The notes: generated by a model from the sequence alone, not told the origin. A stretch of 64,000 nucleotides of DNA from Patescibacteria group bacterium (GCA_943355005.1 CALRDV010000002.1:64397-128396); one strand, 5' to 3'. Numbered from the stretch's first letter, positions 1-11,556 are shown. Translations and numbers: made by a program.

Positions 1-493
1 CATCAATCATCTCTTTTTCACTATTAACGACTAATTGAGAATCATAAGCGTCAGTTTCGGAAAAACTATAGACAGTTTCTGGTTTTTCAAAATTATCTGG
101 TAGTTCTACCCTTTCAAGATCGTTAAAACAGTCGAGCAATTCTTGCCATTTATGTCTATTTCCGTCAGTATTCTGGGATTCTTCTACCGCTATCAACCCA
201 CCTTTTTTCAACACTCTCATAAAGTCTTTTAGTGCTCGTCCATTTACGCGACCACCCCTTAAACAAATCCAAATTAAATCAACGCTTGAGTCGGCCAGTG
301 GTGATTCTTCCATATCTCCCAAAAGTTTAATTCCATTACCCAGCCTCTCTAAATACTTAACTTCTTTTTCATTTTCAGGCAAAGATAGATGTATTACACT
401 CGTCTCACCGAATACCTTTTTCGGCACCATGTCAGCACCACTGGCAGGATAGTAAACAATTAGAGGCTTATATTTTCCCTTAATATACTCCAT
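1..493 (-). CDS. Partial CDS (C-terminus beyond window), putative class I SAM-dependent methyltransferase-like protein
   Basis: Minus-strand ATG at 491-493 opens an ORF running off the window start (MEYIKGKYKPLIVYYPASGADM...SSVDLIWICL...RVLKKGGLIAV). The DLIW / LKKGG pattern resembles MTase motifs II-III. Not in the ORF track because there is no in-window stop. Confidence 0.35.
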   Translation of the reverse strand, partial: MEYIKGKYKPLIVYYPASGADMVPKKVFGETSVIHLSLPENEKEVKYLERLGNGIKLLGDMEESPLADSSVDLIWICLRGGRVNGRALKDFMRVLKKGGLIAVEESQNTDGNRHKWQELLDCFNDLERVELPDNFEKPETVYSFSETDAYDSQLVVNSEKEMID

Positions 494-527
494 GAAAATC
501 ATTCTTTTTTCGTCGAAAGTCATTTTT

Positions 528-2234
528 TTATATTTTGGACAATTTACCAATCTCTTCCAGTTCTTTCCAAGTGGTTGCTTGCTTTGGTCCTTTGTCCTGA
601 CGGAATTTTACCAGCCGAGGGAATCGAAGCGCCACTCCTCCTGCATGATTAGGACTCTTTGTGATTTCATCGGCCGCTACTTCCACCACAATCGCGGGCT
701 GAACCCACACATCGGGTATTAAGGCTCCGGTTACCAAATAATCCAAAGGTTTATCTTTTACACTATTCTCATCCAAACTCTTTTTTAAATCTCTAAATTC
801 TTCGTCTGTCAGCCCGGTACCAATTTTAGCTATTGATACCCACTTTCCTTCTTTTAGCAAGCCAACCAGAAATGCCCCAATTCCAAACCCAACTCTCTTC
901 CCTCTACCGGAGTAATAGCCCAAAACCACCAGGTCAAAAGTGTCGGCCAGTTTTCCACTTGTCCCCTCGGCTTCTTTTATCTTTACCCAATTCCACCCCT
1001 GTCGGCCAGGCAAGTATTCCCCTCCCCACATTTTTATGACTGCTCCCTCGAAGCCTTCGCTCAGAAATTTATCATGCATCTTCTGCACCTCTTCAGAGTC
1101 ACTCGTTCGAAAATATTCATCGGGAACCAAAGTATCATTTTTCTTTATTATTTTGCTTAGAATTTCCCTTCTTTCAAAATAAGGTTTCTCAATTAAACTT
1201 TTTCCGTCCAGACTCAGAATATCAAAAACAAAAAATCTCAAAGGAACTTCCTTTGCCGTTTCCGCCACCCCATGTTTTCTTTTCCTCGTGATCGTTAACT
1301 GGAATGAGAGCACTTTATTTGTTTTTAGATCATATCCGACAGCCTCACAATCCAAGATTAACTCGTCAGCTTTAACCCAATCATTCATGGATAATAGCTC
1401 AGGAAACATTGGGCTGGACTCCTCCAAGTTTCTGGTGTAAGTCTTAACGGGTTCCCCTTTTTTAAAATGAATCTGTACCCGAGTACCATCATATTTCTTT
1501 TCAACAGCCACATCCTCCATCTTCTCCACAATTTCCTGGTAATTATTCAAACGCTGACAAAGTGCGGGAACGACAGGTACACCCGTTTTCACTTTGATAT
1601 TTTTAAGACCATCCATCCCCTTATCTTTAACTACCATGGCAATGTATCCGGGATCTGGATAAATCTGAAACACACCATCTAGTTCTTTTCTCAGTGTTTT
1701 TCCCCCGCTTGTCATTTGTGAGATGGCATCAAAAATGGTTTTTTCGGAAAACCCAAGACGAAGTTTACCGAGCACCATTCGCGCAATGAACTTTCTCTCC
1801 AGTTGAGTCGAAGCCAAAAAAAGTTCCGTCAGTCCGAACACTTTTTTTTCCTGACTTCCGGTTCCACCTTCATCTGCAATCAATTTCAATTTTTCATAAA
1901 CCTCGGCAACGGAATAATTTACCCTTTTCTCTTTTTCAAACTCCAAGGTCTCAACCAGCAGGCCAAGGTCTCCCTTCGCTTTATATATTTTTTCCACCTT
2001 TTCGATAGACTGTCCCGTGCCGTCGGCTACGCTCCTCAGAACCATCTTAACTGCCATGTTAAACTCTTTATTATCAAAGTCAGGTCCCAGTTGTCCCAGT
2101 GTCAAATAAACCCCTTTATCTGTTTCATCCACTTCCATATTTATAATCAACTCCGCCAAAACGGCTGTGATTTCCAATCGCGACGAAATTTTCTCCAACC
2201 TCTCCAAATAATCGGCAAATTCTTTAAACTGCAT
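528..2234 (-). CDS. lig: ATP-dependent DNA ligase (archaeal/eukaryotic-type Lig)
   Basis: KYDGTRVQIH adenylation motif I, EGAVIK and other ligase motifs, OB domain. The ORF extends to 2312, but the typical ligase N-terminus MQFKEFADYLERLE begins at the ATG at 2234, which has GGAG 4-7 nt upstream. Confidence 0.8.
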   Translation of the reverse strand: MQFKEFADYLERLEKISSRLEITAVLAELIINMEVDETDKGVYLTLGQLGPDFDNKEFNMAVKMVLRSVADGTGQSIEKVEKIYKAKGDLGLLVETLEFEKEKRVNYSVAEVYEKLKLIADEGGTGSQEKKVFGLTELFLASTQLERKFIARMVLGKLRLGFSEKTIFDAISQMTSGGKTLRKELDGVFQIYPDPGYIAMVVKDKGMDGLKNIKVKTGVPVVPALCQRLNNYQEIVEKMEDVAVEKKYDGTRVQIHFKKGEPVKTYTRNLEESSPMFPELLSMNDWVKADELILDCEAVGYDLKTNKVLSFQLTITRKRKHGVAETAKEVPLRFFVFDILSLDGKSLIEKPYFERREILSKIIKKNDTLVPDEYFRTSDSEEVQKMHDKFLSEGFEGAVIKMWGGEYLPGRQGWNWVKIKEAEGTSGKLADTFDLVVLGYYSGRGKRVGFGIGAFLVGLLKEGKWVSIAKIGTGLTDEEFRDLKKSLDENSVKDKPLDYLVTGALIPDVWVQPAIVVEVAADEITKSPNHAGGVALRFPRLVKFRQDKGPKQATTWKELEEIGKLSKI

Positions 2235-2542
2235 ATCTCCATAGTATATCAATGAGAAGTAAAAATAATCGGCAAGACCATCATCGCTTTGGGAGAACTT
2301 ACACAGTCCCAAAATGCTAGGCTCTGTACTCAGAGTGCCGAAACTGAACCTGTAACAGTTTCAGTGAGGCGGGGGTGAGGGTAAAGACGCAGTCTTTAAT
2401 CCCGAACACATTTATACCATAGGGATTTTGGGGCGAGTATGTAGATGATTGGCGCCCGCAGGAGGCGACAAATTATCGGTCGCAACAAAGCAATGTGGAC
2501 GTTAGTCAGAATTTTTTGCGGTCTTCAAACCAAATTAATTTA

Positions 2543-3607
2543 TTATCTATAACTTCTAATTTTCCCTATTACATAAAGAGCACCTTTGGTCTTCCCTTTC
2601 TTCCTAAGTAGCTTCTTATCAATCAAGCCTTTAAGATCTCTCAGAATCGTATCATCGGAAACCATGGGCAAGATACTCCTGATTTCTTTTATGGTCATCT
2701 CATTTTTTAAAGTCATCTCTTCCATTATTACAATTTGTCTTTCAGTCAAAGAAATTGCCTTCCCTCCATCGGATTTAAAAATAGGTGCTTCCCCCACCAA
2801 ATTAAGAACTTTCGTCTGCGCTTTTTCGGCAGAGTCGGATAGACACCTGGTTAAGAATTCAAGCCATACTGTCAAAGCCCCCCCATTTCTTTCCACGGAG
2901 TCAAATGAAATCTTAAAAACATCAGCACTTTTAAGGACTTCTTCGTTAAAAGACCATATTCTTTTAAGTCCATAGCCTTCGGTAAGCAAAGTCAGTTGAA
3001 AGAAAAGTAATGCTGTCGACAAATTGTTATCTTGAAATGGGTTAATTCTCTGCAATTCGTAGAACATTACCCCTGCTTTGTTTACAGGATGAATTTCATT
3101 TTTACCAACATTTTTATACCACCCAAAGAGGTCTTCGATTTGAAATGGAACTTCGACATGATCTCGAAATTTACCCATATCTTTTGGCTCCATCAGTCTC
3201 TCACCCATTAAGAGGTGTATTTGTGACAAATCTTTTTCCCCAAAATCTCCTTGCTTGAACTTACCCGCCAGATAAGCTAACTGCTCTACTAGTCTGGTAG
3301 CATTTAACAAGTTTAATATTTGCTGTATATCTTTTTCCTTTCCAATCACACCAATTCTGGAAGCCACCACCCCGGCTTTATCATCTCTACTGGGCTCATC
3401 TTTTACTATCTTCGCCACATCGTCAATACTCAAAGCGTTCCCAACAAATCTGGCTAGACTAAAAATATTTTTTATCAAAGCTTCCTGTCTGAGTCGACCT
3501 TCCCACTCTGTCTGCAAAGGAGCCAACGAAATAACCTTTCCTGCTACTTCAATTCCAATTAAATTAGATAGAGTCTTGTTTGTAATTATATATTCCGGGG
3601 AGAACAT
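2543..3607 (-). CDS. Fic/DOC-family-like protein with degenerate active-site motif and C-terminal winged-helix
   Basis: The segment INPFQDNNLSTALLF aligns to the Fic motif HPFxDGNGRxxR but lacks His and GNGR. The C-terminus (EMTIKEIRSILPMVSDDTILRDLKGLIDKKLL) looks like a wHTH. Confidence 0.45.
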   Translation of the reverse strand: MFSPEYIITNKTLSNLIGIEVAGKVISLAPLQTEWEGRLRQEALIKNIFSLARFVGNALSIDDVAKIVKDEPSRDDKAGVVASRIGVIGKEKDIQQILNLLNATRLVEQLAYLAGKFKQGDFGEKDLSQIHLLMGERLMEPKDMGKFRDHVEVPFQIEDLFGWYKNVGKNEIHPVNKAGVMFYELQRINPFQDNNLSTALLFFQLTLLTEGYGLKRIWSFNEEVLKSADVFKISFDSVERNGGALTVWLEFLTRCLSDSAEKAQTKVLNLVGEAPIFKSDGGKAISLTERQIVIMEEMTLKNEMTIKEIRSILPMVSDDTILRDLKGLIDKKLLRKKGKTKGALYVIGKIRSYR

Positions 3608-3673
3608 TCCTCAATTATCGCAGTTTATGCGGTTATTGGCAACTTCTTTAATCCTGAACGCGGCCGCCTCCCT

Positions 3674-4558
3674 CTACCCCAAACTTTTTATCACATCCCC
3701 ATACGCCTCCGGCACCGTGTCTAACAAATCATCAGCATTAAACATAAATCCATTTTTATCTGCCAGTTTCTCACCGGCCTTTTTAACCAAATACGACGCC
3801 GCGGCTACAGAGAAAAGCGAATCGTCTTTAGCTAAAAAACCCACAATCACTCCGGCGATAGTGTCTCCGACGCCACCCTTAATCAAACCATCATTCCCCC
3901 CATATATTTTGATTACCCTTTTCCCATCGCTTACCGCCGAAATTTCATCTTTAGTCAAAATAACCAAATCATATTTCTTAGCCAAATTAAATATCTGCTC
4001 GCACCTCTTATCTATTTCTGGTTCCATTTTTTCACCAAACATCATTTCGAATTCTTTTCCATTTGGTGTAATTATCGAGCCTTTAGGAAGATCACTTATG
4101 CTTACCACCTGAAGAGCACCTCCGTCCACTACCCACTTTTTATCCGGATATTTATTAAAAAAATCGACACAAATTTTCTTTGTTTTTTCGCCCTCGTCAT
4201 CACATACAAAGTTTTGTTCTTTTATATGACTTCTCATCATGCCAGGACCAATTAGAACAGAATCGGACTTGGCGATATAATTTCCAATTTCATCATAAGG
4301 AACCCATACAAAGCTCGACAATAATGACTTTATTTTGTCAGCCACTCCTTTATCTTCATCTGGAGTTGAGAAATAAACCATCCCTGCAATCCTTGAAGCA
4401 CCCTTAAGAGCCATTATGGGAGCCCCATGGAATAGTTTACTCCCACCAATTATAGTCACACCTCCACCCGTAACTACCTTACCTGAATATTTACTGGTCA
4501 CTCCTTTTAAAGTTTTACTTTCCGCAAACCAACTTGGGTCAAATGTTTCTATATTCAT
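3674..4558 (-). CDS. nnrD: ADP-dependent NAD(P)H-hydrate dehydratase (YjeF C-terminal / carbohydrate kinase family)
   Basis: GGSKLFHGAPIMALKGASRIAGMVY and KGGVGDTIAGVIVGFLAK match the YjeF-C P-loop/GSGD-like motifs. Confidence 0.65.
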   Translation of the reverse strand: MNIETFDPSWFAESKTLKGVTSKYSGKVVTGGGVTIIGGSKLFHGAPIMALKGASRIAGMVYFSTPDEDKGVADKIKSLLSSFVWVPYDEIGNYIAKSDSVLIGPGMMRSHIKEQNFVCDDEGEKTKKICVDFFNKYPDKKWVVDGGALQVVSISDLPKGSIITPNGKEFEMMFGEKMEPEIDKRCEQIFNLAKKYDLVILTKDEISAVSDGKRVIKIYGGNDGLIKGGVGDTIAGVIVGFLAKDDSLFSVAAASYLVKKAGEKLADKNGFMFNADDLLDTVPEAYGDVIKSLG

Positions 4559-4581
4559 CGTGTATATTTTACACCTTCTTA

Positions 4582-5634
4582 CTAATTTAATCTGATCATC
4601 CTAGCATCTTTAAACATCTCCACGTCCCCTTCGTCGGCTGTCGTCACAATCACTTGCCGTCCGAACATTACTCTAAGAACCTCCTCTTTATGGTTTTCGT
4701 CGAGCTCGGAAAAAATATCGTCGAGAAGTAAGAGCACTTTTTTCTCACCCTTTTCTTCCATATAGTAAATCTCCCCCATTTTTAGAGCCAAGACTGCCAT
4801 TCTCTGTTCTCCCCTAGAACCATAAACAGCTAAATCTCTCGTTTTATCTTTTATTAGCAAATCATCTTTATGAGGACCCACTAATGTATAACCTACAGCC
4901 AGTTCCGCGTCTTTATACTGCAGCAGCCGGGCTTCACTCATCGCACTCATGTCATACATTATTGATAAATCTCTAAACAGCTCACTCTTTTTAAACAGGT
5001 CATTTATATAGTCAACAATTTCTCTTCTTTTTTCTTGAATAATCTGGCCATGTTTAATCAGAAGACCATCCCAAAAAGTTAAAGAATATCTACTGGCAGT
5101 GCCCTCTCTAATAGCATCCAACAATTTATTTCTCCTCCTCAAAGCTTGTTCATAAGTAGAGATACTGTTGGCATAAATTTTATCTACCTGGATTAGAAGT
5201 CTATCCAAAAACTTTCTTCTTACGTCAGGAGAGCCGCTTATCAGTTCTACATCTTCGGGACGAAAAAGTACCAAGGGTTGCATTCCCAATAGATCCTGTC
5301 TTCTTTTAGAAACTCCATCAATCAAATATTTTCTTTTATTTACCACCTTTCCCATTACCACCCCACCATTAACAATGATTTCCAGAGTCATCAAATCATC
5401 TTTCTTTAGTTCAACTTCTCCGCTCACTCGGCCCAACTCTTGTCCAAAAGCAACCATCTCCTCAGTTCTTTTAGCACGGAAGCTATCGCCAATCCCCAAG
5501 AGATAAATAGCTTCCAACAAATTTGTTTTGCCTTTTGCATTTTGACCAACAATCAGATTTACACCATCCGAAAACTCGTATTCACCATTTTTATAATTTC
5601 TGAAATCACTGAGTGTAATCTTTCTAAGCATCAA
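4582..5634 (-). CDS. recF: DNA replication and repair protein RecF
   Basis: N-terminal LxLxxFRNY plus Walker A GQNAKGKTNLLEAI and C-terminal LLLLDDIFSELD signature/Walker B. Confidence 0.85.
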   Translation of the reverse strand: MMLRKITLSDFRNYKNGEYEFSDGVNLIVGQNAKGKTNLLEAIYLLGIGDSFRAKRTEEMVAFGQELGRVSGEVELKKDDLMTLEIIVNGGVVMGKVVNKRKYLIDGVSKRRQDLLGMQPLVLFRPEDVELISGSPDVRRKFLDRLLIQVDKIYANSISTYEQALRRRNKLLDAIREGTASRYSLTFWDGLLIKHGQIIQEKRREIVDYINDLFKKSELFRDLSIMYDMSAMSEARLLQYKDAELAVGYTLVGPHKDDLLIKDKTRDLAVYGSRGEQRMAVLALKMGEIYYMEEKGEKKVLLLLDDIFSELDENHKEEVLRVMFGRQVIVTTADEGDVEMFKDARMIRLN

Positions 5635-5653
5635 TACCTATATTTTACCTTAC

Positions 5654-6325
5654 TCAATCATTAGGCTCGATTACAAACAAAGTCTGCCTGCCATACATGC
5701 CATAAAATTCTATACTTGACCACTCCTTCGTATAAATAGATTTCCATCCTAACTTCATAAATATTTTTATCCAATCTTCTGTTCTGTGATAATCATGGTG
5801 GTAAAACTCAAAGTTTCCAACAGAATCTCTAGCAGAAACCAAAAATCTTTCAAACTCATTTCTATATGTATCCTCTATTATCACTATTCTTTTGCAAACT
5901 CTCATAGTCTCCTCCAAAACCTTCATTGGATTAGAGCAGTGATGTAAGACGCAAATCAAAAGGCCGGTATCCATCGAACCGTTCTTTAATGGTAAGTTTT
6001 CACCATCATAAATTTTTGCGGTTATTCCCGGGTACAAGGAAGAATTTACGACATCAACTCCCACAACTTTGAACCTGCGGGAGATTAGTATTTTTGACAT
6101 AGATCCCGCGCCAACACCGACATCAAGAATTTTTGAACCAACAATATATTTCTCAAATAAATTAAATCTTGAACGGGCATTAAGCTCCATTAAACTTCTA
6201 GCTACTTTCCTTACAGTATTACCAATACTTCCACTTTTATTAATGAAATTTACAAAAGCTAATGCCGGCATTCCACATTCTACTTCACTTCTGACATCCG
6301 GGACAATAGAAAGTCCCCCTACCAC
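5654..6325 (-). CDS. Class I SAM-dependent methyltransferase
   Basis: ILDVGVGAGSMS motif I and overall Rossmann MTase pattern. Confidence 0.55.
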   Translation of the reverse strand: MVGGLSIVPDVRSEVECGMPALAFVNFINKSGSIGNTVRKVARSLMELNARSRFNLFEKYIVGSKILDVGVGAGSMSKILISRRFKVVGVDVVNSSLYPGITAKIYDGENLPLKNGSMDTGLLICVLHHCSNPMKVLEETMRVCKRIVIIEDTYRNEFERFLVSARDSVGNFEFYHHDYHRTEDWIKIFMKLGWKSIYTKEWSSIEFYGMYGRQTLFVIEPND

Positions 6326-7133
6326 CTTGTTTCATTTTCTTAATCTTATCTCCACATCTCTTACACACTTGTCCTTCTTTTTTATAAACCAAAAAATAAT
6401 CTTGGTATGTGCCACCCAATCCTGTCACTTGTACATAGTTACTGGCACTGGCTCCCCCGTACTTAATTCCCAATTTAATAATCTTAATTACGGAATCGTG
6501 CAATTTTTGAGATTCTTTTGGATTAAGACTATCCGCTTTTCTGTCGGGTCTAATTTCTGCATCATACAGAGCATCATTTACATAAATGTTTCCCAAACCA
6601 CCAATCTTATCTTGATCCAGAAGCAGAAGCTTTATTGGTTTTTTTGTCTTCTTTAATAAATCAAAGAAATATTCCCTGGTAAATTCTTTATCAATTACAT
6701 CCGGCACCAATGATTTCGCTTCTTTTTCATATTTATCTTTATCTACCACCCTCATCCACCCAAACACTCGCATATCATTGAAAAATAATTTCGATCCGTC
6801 TTTAAAAGTCCAGACAGCTCTTGTGTGTTTCGATGGTAATTCACCTACCCAGTCAGGACTAGGGTGTCCGCCCGATATTCTTTTTTCTCCAGTTATATAG
6901 ATAAGTTGTCCGGTCATCTTCAAATGGATAATCACAGAGTCCTCGATATTTTTAAATACTATCTGAATAACTTTTGATCTTCGCTTAACTTCTTCAATCT
7001 CAAATCCAAGTATCCTTTTGGGTACACCGGAAAAGCTTTTTTCCCTAAGCACTTCAATATCTGTTAACACCTTTCCTCTCAGTACTTCATCCAGCTGTCT
7101 TCTAATCGTTTCTACTTCAGGGAGTTCTGGCAT
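6285..7133 (-). CDS. mutM: Formamidopyrimidine-DNA glycosylase (Fpg/MutM)
   Basis: N-terminal MPELPEVE catalytic-proline signature, H2TH region, C-terminal zinc finger CKRCGDKI...CPGCQK. Start placed at the MPELPEV ATG (AAGGA upstream), not the longer ORF start at 7196. Confidence 0.85.
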   Translation of the reverse strand: MPELPEVETIRRQLDEVLRGKVLTDIEVLREKSFSGVPKRILGFEIEEVKRRSKVIQIVFKNIEDSVIIHLKMTGQLIYITGEKRISGGHPSPDWVGELPSKHTRAVWTFKDGSKLFFNDMRVFGWMRVVDKDKYEKEAKSLVPDVIDKEFTREYFFDLLKKTKKPIKLLLLDQDKIGGLGNIYVNDALYDAEIRPDRKADSLNPKESQKLHDSVIKIIKLGIKYGGASASNYVQVTGLGGTYQDYFLVYKKEGQVCKRCGDKIKKMKQGGRGTFYCPGCQK

Positions 7134-7134
7134 A

Positions 7135-7692
7135 CTAAAGTACGTCCTTGGGAGTAAATAATATCCATCCGGCAGAAACAAAACAAAGAAATGCAATTGT
7201 CACAAATAGAAAGTTAAATCCTAAACCACTAACAATAAATCCTCCAACAATAGACCCTAAAGCCATTACCAGGTTTGCCACCAGTGTCCAATCAGAGTAC
7301 TCCATCACCTCCATTTTTTTATTGGTATGTTTTGCAAATAATGCACTAAAAATCGGAGTCCCCAAAGAATCACCCAGCCCAAATACTATTTGAATTAATA
7401 TTAGGGCAAGAGCAGTATTAACAAATATCATTCCCAAGAATCCAAAACCTCTAATTGCGTAGCTGGCCGCCAATAATAATTTTTTTTCCTTCACCTCATC
7501 CCCTCTTTGAGACATAAGAATTAGGAATATTGTCGAGGATACATAGAACACTGCCGTCGTAATACTTACCAGAAGAACTCCTCCACCAATTTTTTGAACA
7601 TATACGGCATACAAAGGACCCAACAAAAGAGCGGCAAACAAATAAATCGCGTTACAAACAAACAGTATCTTTAGAGCCAGGTTATTTTTCAT
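7135..7692 (-). CDS. Polytopic membrane protein (6-TM, half-MFS-like)
   Basis: Six hydrophobic segments; no diagnostic motif recognised. Confidence 0.35.
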   Translation of the reverse strand: MKNNLALKILFVCNAIYLFAALLLGPLYAVYVQKIGGGVLLVSITTAVFYVSSTIFLILMSQRGDEVKEKKLLLAASYAIRGFGFLGMIFVNTALALILIQIVFGLGDSLGTPIFSALFAKHTNKKMEVMEYSDWTLVANLVMALGSIVGGFIVSGLGFNFLFVTIAFLCFVSAGWILFTPKDVL

Positions 7693-8794
7693 TCACCTTC
7701 ATCTTATCAATTATCGTTCTGATTTTTTCTTCAAACAAATTCCTAGAAAACTTTTTAGACTGCTTAATCAATTCATCTCTTTTCCATACTGTTTTTTTAA
7801 ACTTTACGATTGCCATCTCAAGTGTTTTTTCATCCGTTCCGTCAATTAATAGACCCGTAACCCCATTCACGACAGTTTCTTTAAATCCTCCGCCATTAAA
7901 GGCGATTACTGGAGTTCCCGAAGCCATCGCCTCGACTGGTGTAATACCAAAATCTTCATCTTTAGCCAAAGCAATAAATCCTTTAGCTTTAGCATATAGA
8001 TCAGCAACCCCTTCATCACTCACTCTTCCTAACAGCTCAACATTATCAAATTTTCTAAGTTGGTTCTCAATCTGAGAAAATCCCACCGACTCACCAACAA
8101 TCTTAAGTTTATAGCCGGAATGGCGGGTTGCTTTAGCTGCCTCCACCAAACCTTTTGCCCCTACCAATCTGGAAACAATAAAGAAATAATCTTCTTTTTT
8201 TACCCCATTACTCGACTTAATGTAATCATCTACTTCTACCGGCGGATAGACAACCTCTGCTTCTTTACGATAATATTTCATGACCCTACCCTTAGTGTTC
8301 TCGGAATTGACGACCCACATATCTACTCGTTTAGAAGACCAAAGGTCAAATATCCGTAAAAAATGATTAACTATAATTGCATAGACCCTCACCATCCAAT
8401 ATTTTTGTAAATTAATACTCGTCTCATACCCATACAAGAATCGTGGAGGAGTATGGCAATAAGCTACTACTTTTGTCTTTGGGGAAACTTTAAATCCCCT
8501 GGCAAAATAAGAAGAACAAGAAGTCAGCACCAAGTCATACTTACTTAAATCAATCGATCCCCAAACAAAAGGAATCAAAAATCTTAACGGACTGTATAAG
8601 TTCCATCTTTTGATTAAAAATGCCCAAGAACTTTCCACAATTTTTCTATCTGAAAACTCTTTTTCACAGCTGGACCCAGATACCTTAAATGCGGTGTAGA
8701 TTGGAGCCTTAGGATACATATCCGCCAACGCTCTCAGAACTCTTTCGGCCCCTCCAAATTCCTTAATATAATCGTGAACTAGAGCAATTTTCAT
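7682..8794 (-). CDS. Glycosyltransferase family 4 (GT-B fold)
   Basis: [19 protein letters not shown] motif typical of GT4, plus the N-terminal GT4 acceptor domain. Confidence 0.8.
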   Translation of the reverse strand: MKIALVHDYIKEFGGAERVLRALADMYPKAPIYTAFKVSGSSCEKEFSDRKIVESSWAFLIKRWNLYSPLRFLIPFVWGSIDLSKYDLVLTSCSSYFARGFKVSPKTKVVAYCHTPPRFLYGYETSINLQKYWMVRVYAIIVNHFLRIFDLWSSKRVDMWVVNSENTKGRVMKYYRKEAEVVYPPVEVDDYIKSSNGVKKEDYFFIVSRLVGAKGLVEAAKATRHSGYKLKIVGESVGFSQIENQLRKFDNVELLGRVSDEGVADLYAKAKGFIALAKDEDFGITPVEAMASGTPVIAFNGGGFKETVVNGVTGLLIDGTDEKTLEMAIVKFKKTVWKRDELIKQSKKFSRNLFEEKIRTIIDKMKVNEK

Positions 8795-9699
8795 ATAAAC
8801 ACATCCTGAACTTCCTTTTCCCAGGAATCTTTTGGCAATTTGGCTACTAAACTTTTAAAGTTTAACTCTTCAAATAAAGACACCACACCTACTTTATCGT
8901 AGTTTGTAAGCAAGCAGTCATCCCAATTCAACTCTAATGGTACTTTTTGATCTATTGTTGCCAAGTGATAACTTTTATCTGCCATTTCTTTATCGGAAAC
9001 CAAAAGCATTTTGATTCTAGGGCTCAACTTAGACACTTCTATATTTTCATAAATATCATGGAGACTTCCAAATTCTTGTATCAATTTTGTTGCCGTTACT
9101 TTTCCGATTCCTTTTACACCTGGTATATTGTCGGAAGGGTCTCCCATTAAGCTCTTTAAATCAATTATTTGTTTCGGATAGAGTCCATAAACTTCTTTTA
9201 CCTTATCCTCATCAAATACTACAGATTGATTGTGATGGTTTTGAATAGGTAAAAAAACTACAATTTTATTCCCTTTAATTAATTGAAGTGAGTCTCGATC
9301 TCCGGTTACTATCACCACTTGAGTGTCATTCTCTTCACCAGCCATTCTAGATAAAGTTCCTATAATGTCGTCGGCTTCATAACCCTCAATTCCAAACTGA
9401 GGAATATTTAGTTTTTGTACCACTTCTTTTGTTCTGTCTATCTGGCCAACCAACTCTTCATCCATAGGACCTCTATTCGCTTTATAATCCTCAAACTCTT
9501 GTTTTCGGAAGGTTGCTCCGTGAACATCCCACGCAACCGCCACATGAGTAGGAGATAGTTTATCCAGGACAGAAAGTAACATGGCAGAGAAACCATAAAC
9601 AGCGTTAATCAGTTCCCCTTTTGGACTCGAAAGCGGAGGGTAGGCATGGTAAGCTCTGTGTAGCAATGCATTACCATCAATTAATATTAATTTCCTCAT
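8791..9699 (-). CDS. Stand-alone 5'-3' exonuclease (Pol I N-terminal/FEN-like)
   Basis: [19 protein letters not shown] start, acidic metal-binding residues, helix-hairpin-helix region. No polymerase domain. Confidence 0.8.
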   Translation of the reverse strand: MRKLILIDGNALLHRAYHAYPPLSSPKGELINAVYGFSAMLLSVLDKLSPTHVAVAWDVHGATFRKQEFEDYKANRGPMDEELVGQIDRTKEVVQKLNIPQFGIEGYEADDIIGTLSRMAGEENDTQVVIVTGDRDSLQLIKGNKIVVFLPIQNHHNQSVVFDEDKVKEVYGLYPKQIIDLKSLMGDPSDNIPGVKGIGKVTATKLIQEFGSLHDIYENIEVSKLSPRIKMLLVSDKEMADKSYHLATIDQKVPLELNWDDCLLTNYDKVGVVSLFEELNFKSLVAKLPKDSWEKEVQDVFI

Positions 9700-11552
9700 T
9701 ATTCTTCAAATTCTGCCTTTTGTTTTCCAACTAATTCCTCAAACTCTTCCTGTTCCAGGGTTTCTATTTCCACCAATCTGGCGGAAATTATATCAAGCTC
9801 TTTTCTATGTTGTAGAAGTGTCTTTTCTGCCAAAACATAAGCTTCATCAATTAGTCTTTTTATTTCTAAGTCAACTTTTGTTTGCATACCATCGGAGAGT
9901 TTTATGGAATCTCCATAAGAATAACCCCAAGTATTACTTTCCACCATTTGACCCAATGATACCGGGCCCAGATTACTCATACCAAAGTCGACCACCATTC
10001 TTCTGGCTAGCATTGTGGCTCTCTCAATATCACTGGAAGCTCCAGCAGTTAGCTCATCAAAAACAATTCTTTCGGCCGCTCTTCCTCCGAGCATCATAGC
10101 CATTTCATGTTCAAGCTCAGTTTGGGTTTGTTGGAGTTTATCTGTTTTTGGTCTACTCATAGTAAATCCTAACGCCATTCCTCTAGATACAATACTTACC
10201 CGGTGAATAGGATCCGTTCCCGGAAGCAAATGTCCCACCAATGCATGTCCCACCTCGTGGTATGCCGTCATTTTCTTTTCTCTAGCCGACGAAAGCCTCT
10301 TCTTTTCCGGTCCCATCTTAACCTTCATGGCAGCCTCTTCCACATCCGCCATAATAATTTCTTTTCTGTCAGAACGTGCGGCCAGAATTGCGGCTTCGTT
10401 CAGCATATTTTCTATATCGGCTCCCGAAAATCCTACTGTTCTTTCTGCTATCTTATCCCAATTCATCTTTTTTCCAAACGGCTTTCCCACCTTATGTATT
10501 TCAAGGATTGCTTTTCTGCCGGCGATATCAGGTAGATCTAGCGTAACTCTACGATCAAATCTCCCTGGGCGAACCAATGCCGGATCAAGTACGTCAGGTC
10601 TATTGGTTGCCGCTACTACTATTACATTGTCTGTTTGAGTAAACCCGTCCATCTCAACTAATATTTGGTTTAGTGTCTGTTCTCTTTCGTCATGGCCACC
10701 AAAACCCCCACTGGCTCCTCGAGTTCTTCCAATAGCATCAATTTCATCTATAAAAATAATCGAAGGTGAAGCTTTTTTGGCAGTGTCAAACAAATCACGA
10801 ACTCTACTGGCACCTACTCCCACCAGCATCTCCATAAACTCCGACCCTGCCATAGAAAAGAATGGCACACCTGCTTCACCGGCAACCGCTCTTGCCAACA
10901 AAGTTTTTCCTACTCCGGCAGGTCCGGTCAGAAGAACACCTTTAGGAGTTCTCGCTCCCAAATCTCGATATTTTTTAGGGTTCTTTAGAAAATCAACTAC
11001 CTCTTCGAGTTCTTTTTTTGCCTCATCTACCCCGGCAACGTCGGAAAATTTAATATTCTGTTTGCCTTTAGAAAATAGTTTCGCCTTACTCTTTCCAATT
11101 CCAAAAACATCACCACCCCCACCTTGACGCTTCATGATATAGAACATTAGTACTCCAAAACCAATAATCGGAAGAACCAGAGACATCACATTCCACAGCC
11201 CATTTACAAAATCCTGACTAACTACTTCTACTTTTATTTTACTTTCATCCACACCGGCTTTTTGAAGTTGATCCATAAAACTGGAGCTGTCTTCTTTTCT
11301 GGACATCCCCAATACCTGCACCCCGGAAGAATCTTTTGGGTACAAAAGTATTAGCTCTTGTCCTCTAATTTGTACAGATTCAACCTTACCCTCTTTAATC
11401 TCTGCGATTGCGGTAGATAAAGGTAACTCCTTTACTGCACCCGTTGAGCCAAGAATAAACTTAATCAATCCTGGTAAAAAGAGAAAAATTATCAATAACC
11501 AAATAAGGATTCTTCTTAGATTTAAATTAATCTTAAATTCTACTTTTTTCAT
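9699..11552 (-). CDS. ftsH: ATP-dependent zinc metalloprotease FtsH
   Basis: N-terminal TM segments, AAA Walker A GPAGVGKT and Walker [13 protein letters not shown], zinc motif HEVGHAL. Confidence 0.95.
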   Translation of the reverse strand: MKKVEFKINLNLRRILIWLLIIFLFLPGLIKFILGSTGAVKELPLSTAIAEIKEGKVESVQIRGQELILLYPKDSSGVQVLGMSRKEDSSSFMDQLQKAGVDESKIKVEVVSQDFVNGLWNVMSLVLPIIGFGVLMFYIMKRQGGGGDVFGIGKSKAKLFSKGKQNIKFSDVAGVDEAKKELEEVVDFLKNPKKYRDLGARTPKGVLLTGPAGVGKTLLARAVAGEAGVPFFSMAGSEFMEMLVGVGASRVRDLFDTAKKASPSIIFIDEIDAIGRTRGASGGFGGHDEREQTLNQILVEMDGFTQTDNVIVVAATNRPDVLDPALVRPGRFDRRVTLDLPDIAGRKAILEIHKVGKPFGKKMNWDKIAERTVGFSGADIENMLNEAAILAARSDRKEIIMADVEEAAMKVKMGPEKKRLSSAREKKMTAYHEVGHALVGHLLPGTDPIHRVSIVSRGMALGFTMSRPKTDKLQQTQTELEHEMAMMLGGRAAERIVFDELTAGASSDIERATMLARRMVVDFGMSNLGPVSLGQMVESNTWGYSYGDSIKLSDGMQTKVDLEIKRLIDEAYVLAEKTLLQHRKELDIISARLVEIETLEQEEFEELVGKQKAEFEE

Positions 11553-11556
11553 CTCC

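Noticed and set aside
528-2312. Using the longest ORF start (2312) for the DNA ligase, and similar longest-ORF starts for fpg (7196) and sufC (46682).
   Set aside because: The conserved N-termini ([25 protein letters not shown]) begin at internal ATGs that have Shine-Dalgarno-like purine runs. The longer extensions would overlap neighbouring genes or add non-conserved leaders.
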